A stretch of 63,901 nucleotides of DNA, the filler included, from Sphacelaria rigidula (Eukaryota), in assembly GCA_964200075.2 (NCBI GenBank). It is 9 parts of 9 records of this genome, joined end to end, with 100 filler letters (N's around TTAATTAATTAA, not from the genome) between each part and the next. Parts side by side here need not be neighbours in the genome. Positions count along the whole stretch, not along the records: positions 56,891 to 63,901 come from CAXNAA020016965.1; 8 more parts are not named here. One strand, given 5' to 3'. The position numbers and the translations under genes are program-made. A model generated the notes under the pieces. It did no database searches, was not told the DNA's origin, and saw nothing but the letters and a program-made list of their open reading frames with translations. This document shows positions 61,118-63,901 of this stretch, in pieces; the first letter of the stretch is position 1; the number at the start of each line of letters is the position of its first letter.

Positions 61118-63901
61118 AGGTGCGCCCTGGGGCCGCAGTCCCGGGGGGACAGCGTAGAGGCGGATAGAGTAGCAGCAGTGAAAAGGGTTCATGCACAGCA
61201 ATTGTGGGTGCAAGCTAGAGTTTGGCACCACAGTAAAAGTAGCCTCGCTTTACCAGTAACGTTGTTACTGGACACCTGGGCGGGGGGGGAAAGCTATGCA
61301 TCAAAGCAGTGGTGAAAGTCTTTGGTATTTGGGGGAACATATCGGGGAGACTACAGCGGCAAGGAGCAGGATTCCCGAGAGCAGCAAATCCTAGTGACAG
61401 CAGGACGCCGCCGATGAAGGCTTTGGGGTCAGCGGTAATTCCGGTTCGGTTCCATCCAAAGGATAGAATAAGGAAGGTATGGGTTAGGGTTATCGATGGA
61501 TTGCCGTACAGGTTCATATTGGGGCAAGTTTCTTTAGAAGGAACGAGAGCACACTGTCTTTTGAGGGTCAGTCGGGGTTCCGACCATCACCGGAGGCCCC
61601 GTGGGTGAGATTCGTGTCTAATGGCTCACCAAAACTCGGAGCCGTTAACGCCGATCATCTCACTGGACAGGGAGACTCGGCAGGGTGCGGTCTCTTCTGT
61701 GCTGTCAAGCCGAGAGCGCTCAGCGACGACCCGACGGGGGTATTGTCGGGAGGGAGCGATCTGGCAGCATGGGATGAGGTATGGAAGAGCCTTGGCGCGG
61801 CGTGGGAGGACGACGCTACACTTCAGTGGCCTCTAAGGCTGACGGAGGACGCGCGATTGGAAGGCTTCGTTAGCCAGCTAGTCCCAGGCTACGTGCGAGG
61901 TCCTCATCCGCAGGAACGCCAACTCGTGTTGATCGAACCTTGAAAGTTGTTCGATTTAGATGAGGAAGCTGAGATGGGGGTAGCTAGGGGAGTGCAGTGG
62001 TGGGATCCACAGCTACCGTTGGTATGTAAGGTGGTCAACACGGCCAAGAATGCTCGCCTGGTGAAGAAGGGTATTATAGTGGCGAAAGTTGTGGCCGTGA
62101 GTGTCCGAGATTGCGAGCGGTTGCAGAATCTGTACGTGTCCGACTCGGGCACCACGCTCTATTCGAAGCTGGAGGCTCGAGGGACTGCGCCAGCCCCTCC
62201 CCATCCGCCGCCGGAACCCCAGGAAGGGAGGAAAAGGACACAACTGAAGCCATAGGAGTAGATCTCACAGAAGCGAACATGGGTCAGTTGGGTCCGACGC
62301 AGAAGACACTGCTGTTGTCCATCTTAGGAGACTTCAACGAAACAGGACTTTTTGCGGTGGACCCCAAGAAGGTGAAAGCGGCGCGTGGGGAACCGTTACG
62401 TCTACGACTGAAAGATCCCTGGTGCAAGCCATTCGCTGCCGGTACCAGGCGGTACTCACCAGAACAAGCAACAGCTATACAAGACGAAGATCAGAAATTC
62501 GCGGAGCGGGGGGTCATTGAGCCGTCGACGTCCGCATGTGCAGCCGCTTGCGTCACGGTGCGGAAGAAGGGCGGTAGTTTACGGTTGTGTCAGGATTATC
62601 ATGGACTAAACAAACCCCTAGAGTCGTACAGCGGTGGTTTGGGGGATATGCAGACGATGTACAGTGGCCTGGCGGGATCCAAGTACTCTACGAGTGTGGA
62701 CTTAGCGAGCGGATTTTCCCAGTTGGACGTGGCGAAGGAGGACCGACACCTCACCGCCGTTCGTGACGCGCGCGGGCACTTATGGCAATATCAGCGTTGT
62801 GGATTCGGACTCAAGGTATTACCCGCGACATTTCACCGAACAGTATCCGAAGCGTTGTTGCCAGCGCAGGGTGTCAAGACTTGGTTGGATGATATCTTGT
62901 GGCCTAGCGCGACTTTCGCCGGCCACATGACGGGGTTGAGGGTTGTGCTCTATTGCCTACTGAAGGCAGGCCTCACTGTGAATTTCTAGAAATCACAGTG
63001 GTGCACCCAGCAACAGGACTTCGTAGGGATGACGATCGACGTGTCGGAAATACGACCTTCTCAGTCTAAGATCGAGGCGATCGCCCAGCTGAGGGAGCCG
63101 CAGAGGGTAGAAGAGCTAAGGTCATTCTTAGGTATGACCGGATATCTGCGGAGGTACATGAAAGGGTACAGCAATACGGCGGCACCACTTACAGACTTGC
63201 TGAGGGACCCACGATTCGCCTCCAAGCGAGCCCGGGGGATGGAGATCCCATGGGGGGACCAACAGCAACAAGCATACCTCGACTTCAAGAGCCGATCTTA
63301 GCATACCGGGATTGGAATGAACAATTCGTGGTACACTCAGACGCTTCAGAGTTCGCAGCAGGGGCCGCCCTGGCCCAAGAGGCAGATGAGAGGGAATGGA
63401 TCATCGACTACGCCAGCCACGGATGGTCTCGGGCGGATGATGAAAGATCAGCATCAGAGAGGGAAGCAGTCGCTGTTCTGTGGTCCGTGGAGCGATTCAG
63501 ATCATATCTATGGGGGCGAGAGTTTACCCTAGTCACGGATTGCAGTGCGTTGACATGGTTGTTTCGTAGCCAAAACTTGTCGCCTAAGTTCCACCGGTGG
63601 GCGCTGAGATTGATGGAGTATGATATGGTCCTCAAGTGGCGAGCTGGACGCGAACACCAGTTGCCAGACGCTCTGTCTAGGCTGCAAGGGAGCGAGCCCA
63701 GGGGAAGTGATATTGACGTGTCATTCCCTGACGATGATTCCGAAGCGGTACCAGGCGGAGGAGGAGGACCACAAGGACCCAAACCAGATGGGGTGTTGCT
63801 GAAGGAACTGGAGGCTGAGTACCCGAAAGAATCCGCAGACCTGATGGCATTGGCGTTGGAGGAAGTCAGCGCGTGGTATCCACCGGAAACGGGGGAAGGA
63901 G
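61118..63901 (+). pseudogene. pol: Ty3/Gypsy pol: protease, spacer, reverse transcriptase, RNase H (integrase would lie beyond the contig end); has stops and frameshifts
   Basis: LLDT(W)AG at 61271 and DGLPYRFILG (protease); VIEPSTS, LRLCQDY, VDLASGF, FGLK..PATF, WLDD (RT); VHSDAS, EREAVA, LVTDCSAL, RWALRL, PDALSRL (RNase H). PR-RT-RH order. Confidence 0.95.

Overview
This window is not one locus. It is nine separate contigs of 7011-7012 bp, joined by identical artificial 100-nt linkers (44 N + TTAATTAATTAA + 44 N), so adjacency across linkers means nothing. The DNA is eukaryotic, intron-rich and dominated by repeats. Gene and repeat style suggest a stramenopile, probably a brown alga; this is inference. 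Supported genes: four exons of a multi-pass membrane protein (36.0-40.5 kb); three exons of an EEF2KMT/FAM86-like lysine methyltransferase with a probable GC-AG intron (44.9-47.9 kb); and a large minus-strand exon with 33 Pro-rich hexapeptide repeats (20.1-21.2 kb). Mobile DNA: a decayed Ty3/Gypsy element (59.0-63.9 kb), two RTE-clade LINE remnants, tRNA-derived SINEs, hAT MITEs with 8-bp TSDs, possible relics of hAT, piggyBac and ISL2EU transposases, and several foldback structures. Three observations stand out. (1) The Gypsy Gag starts with a PAM2 (PABP-binding) motif and ends with a CCCH finger. It is in frame with the protease across a TGA that is followed by a GC-rich hairpin or pseudoknot, a candidate stop-readthrough system. 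(2) Two retroposon-like families share a ~75-nt end, finish in poly(C) and sit inside C-tracts. (3) There is an intronless decayed cysteinyl-tRNA synthetase relic. All alignments were made by eye; no searches were run.
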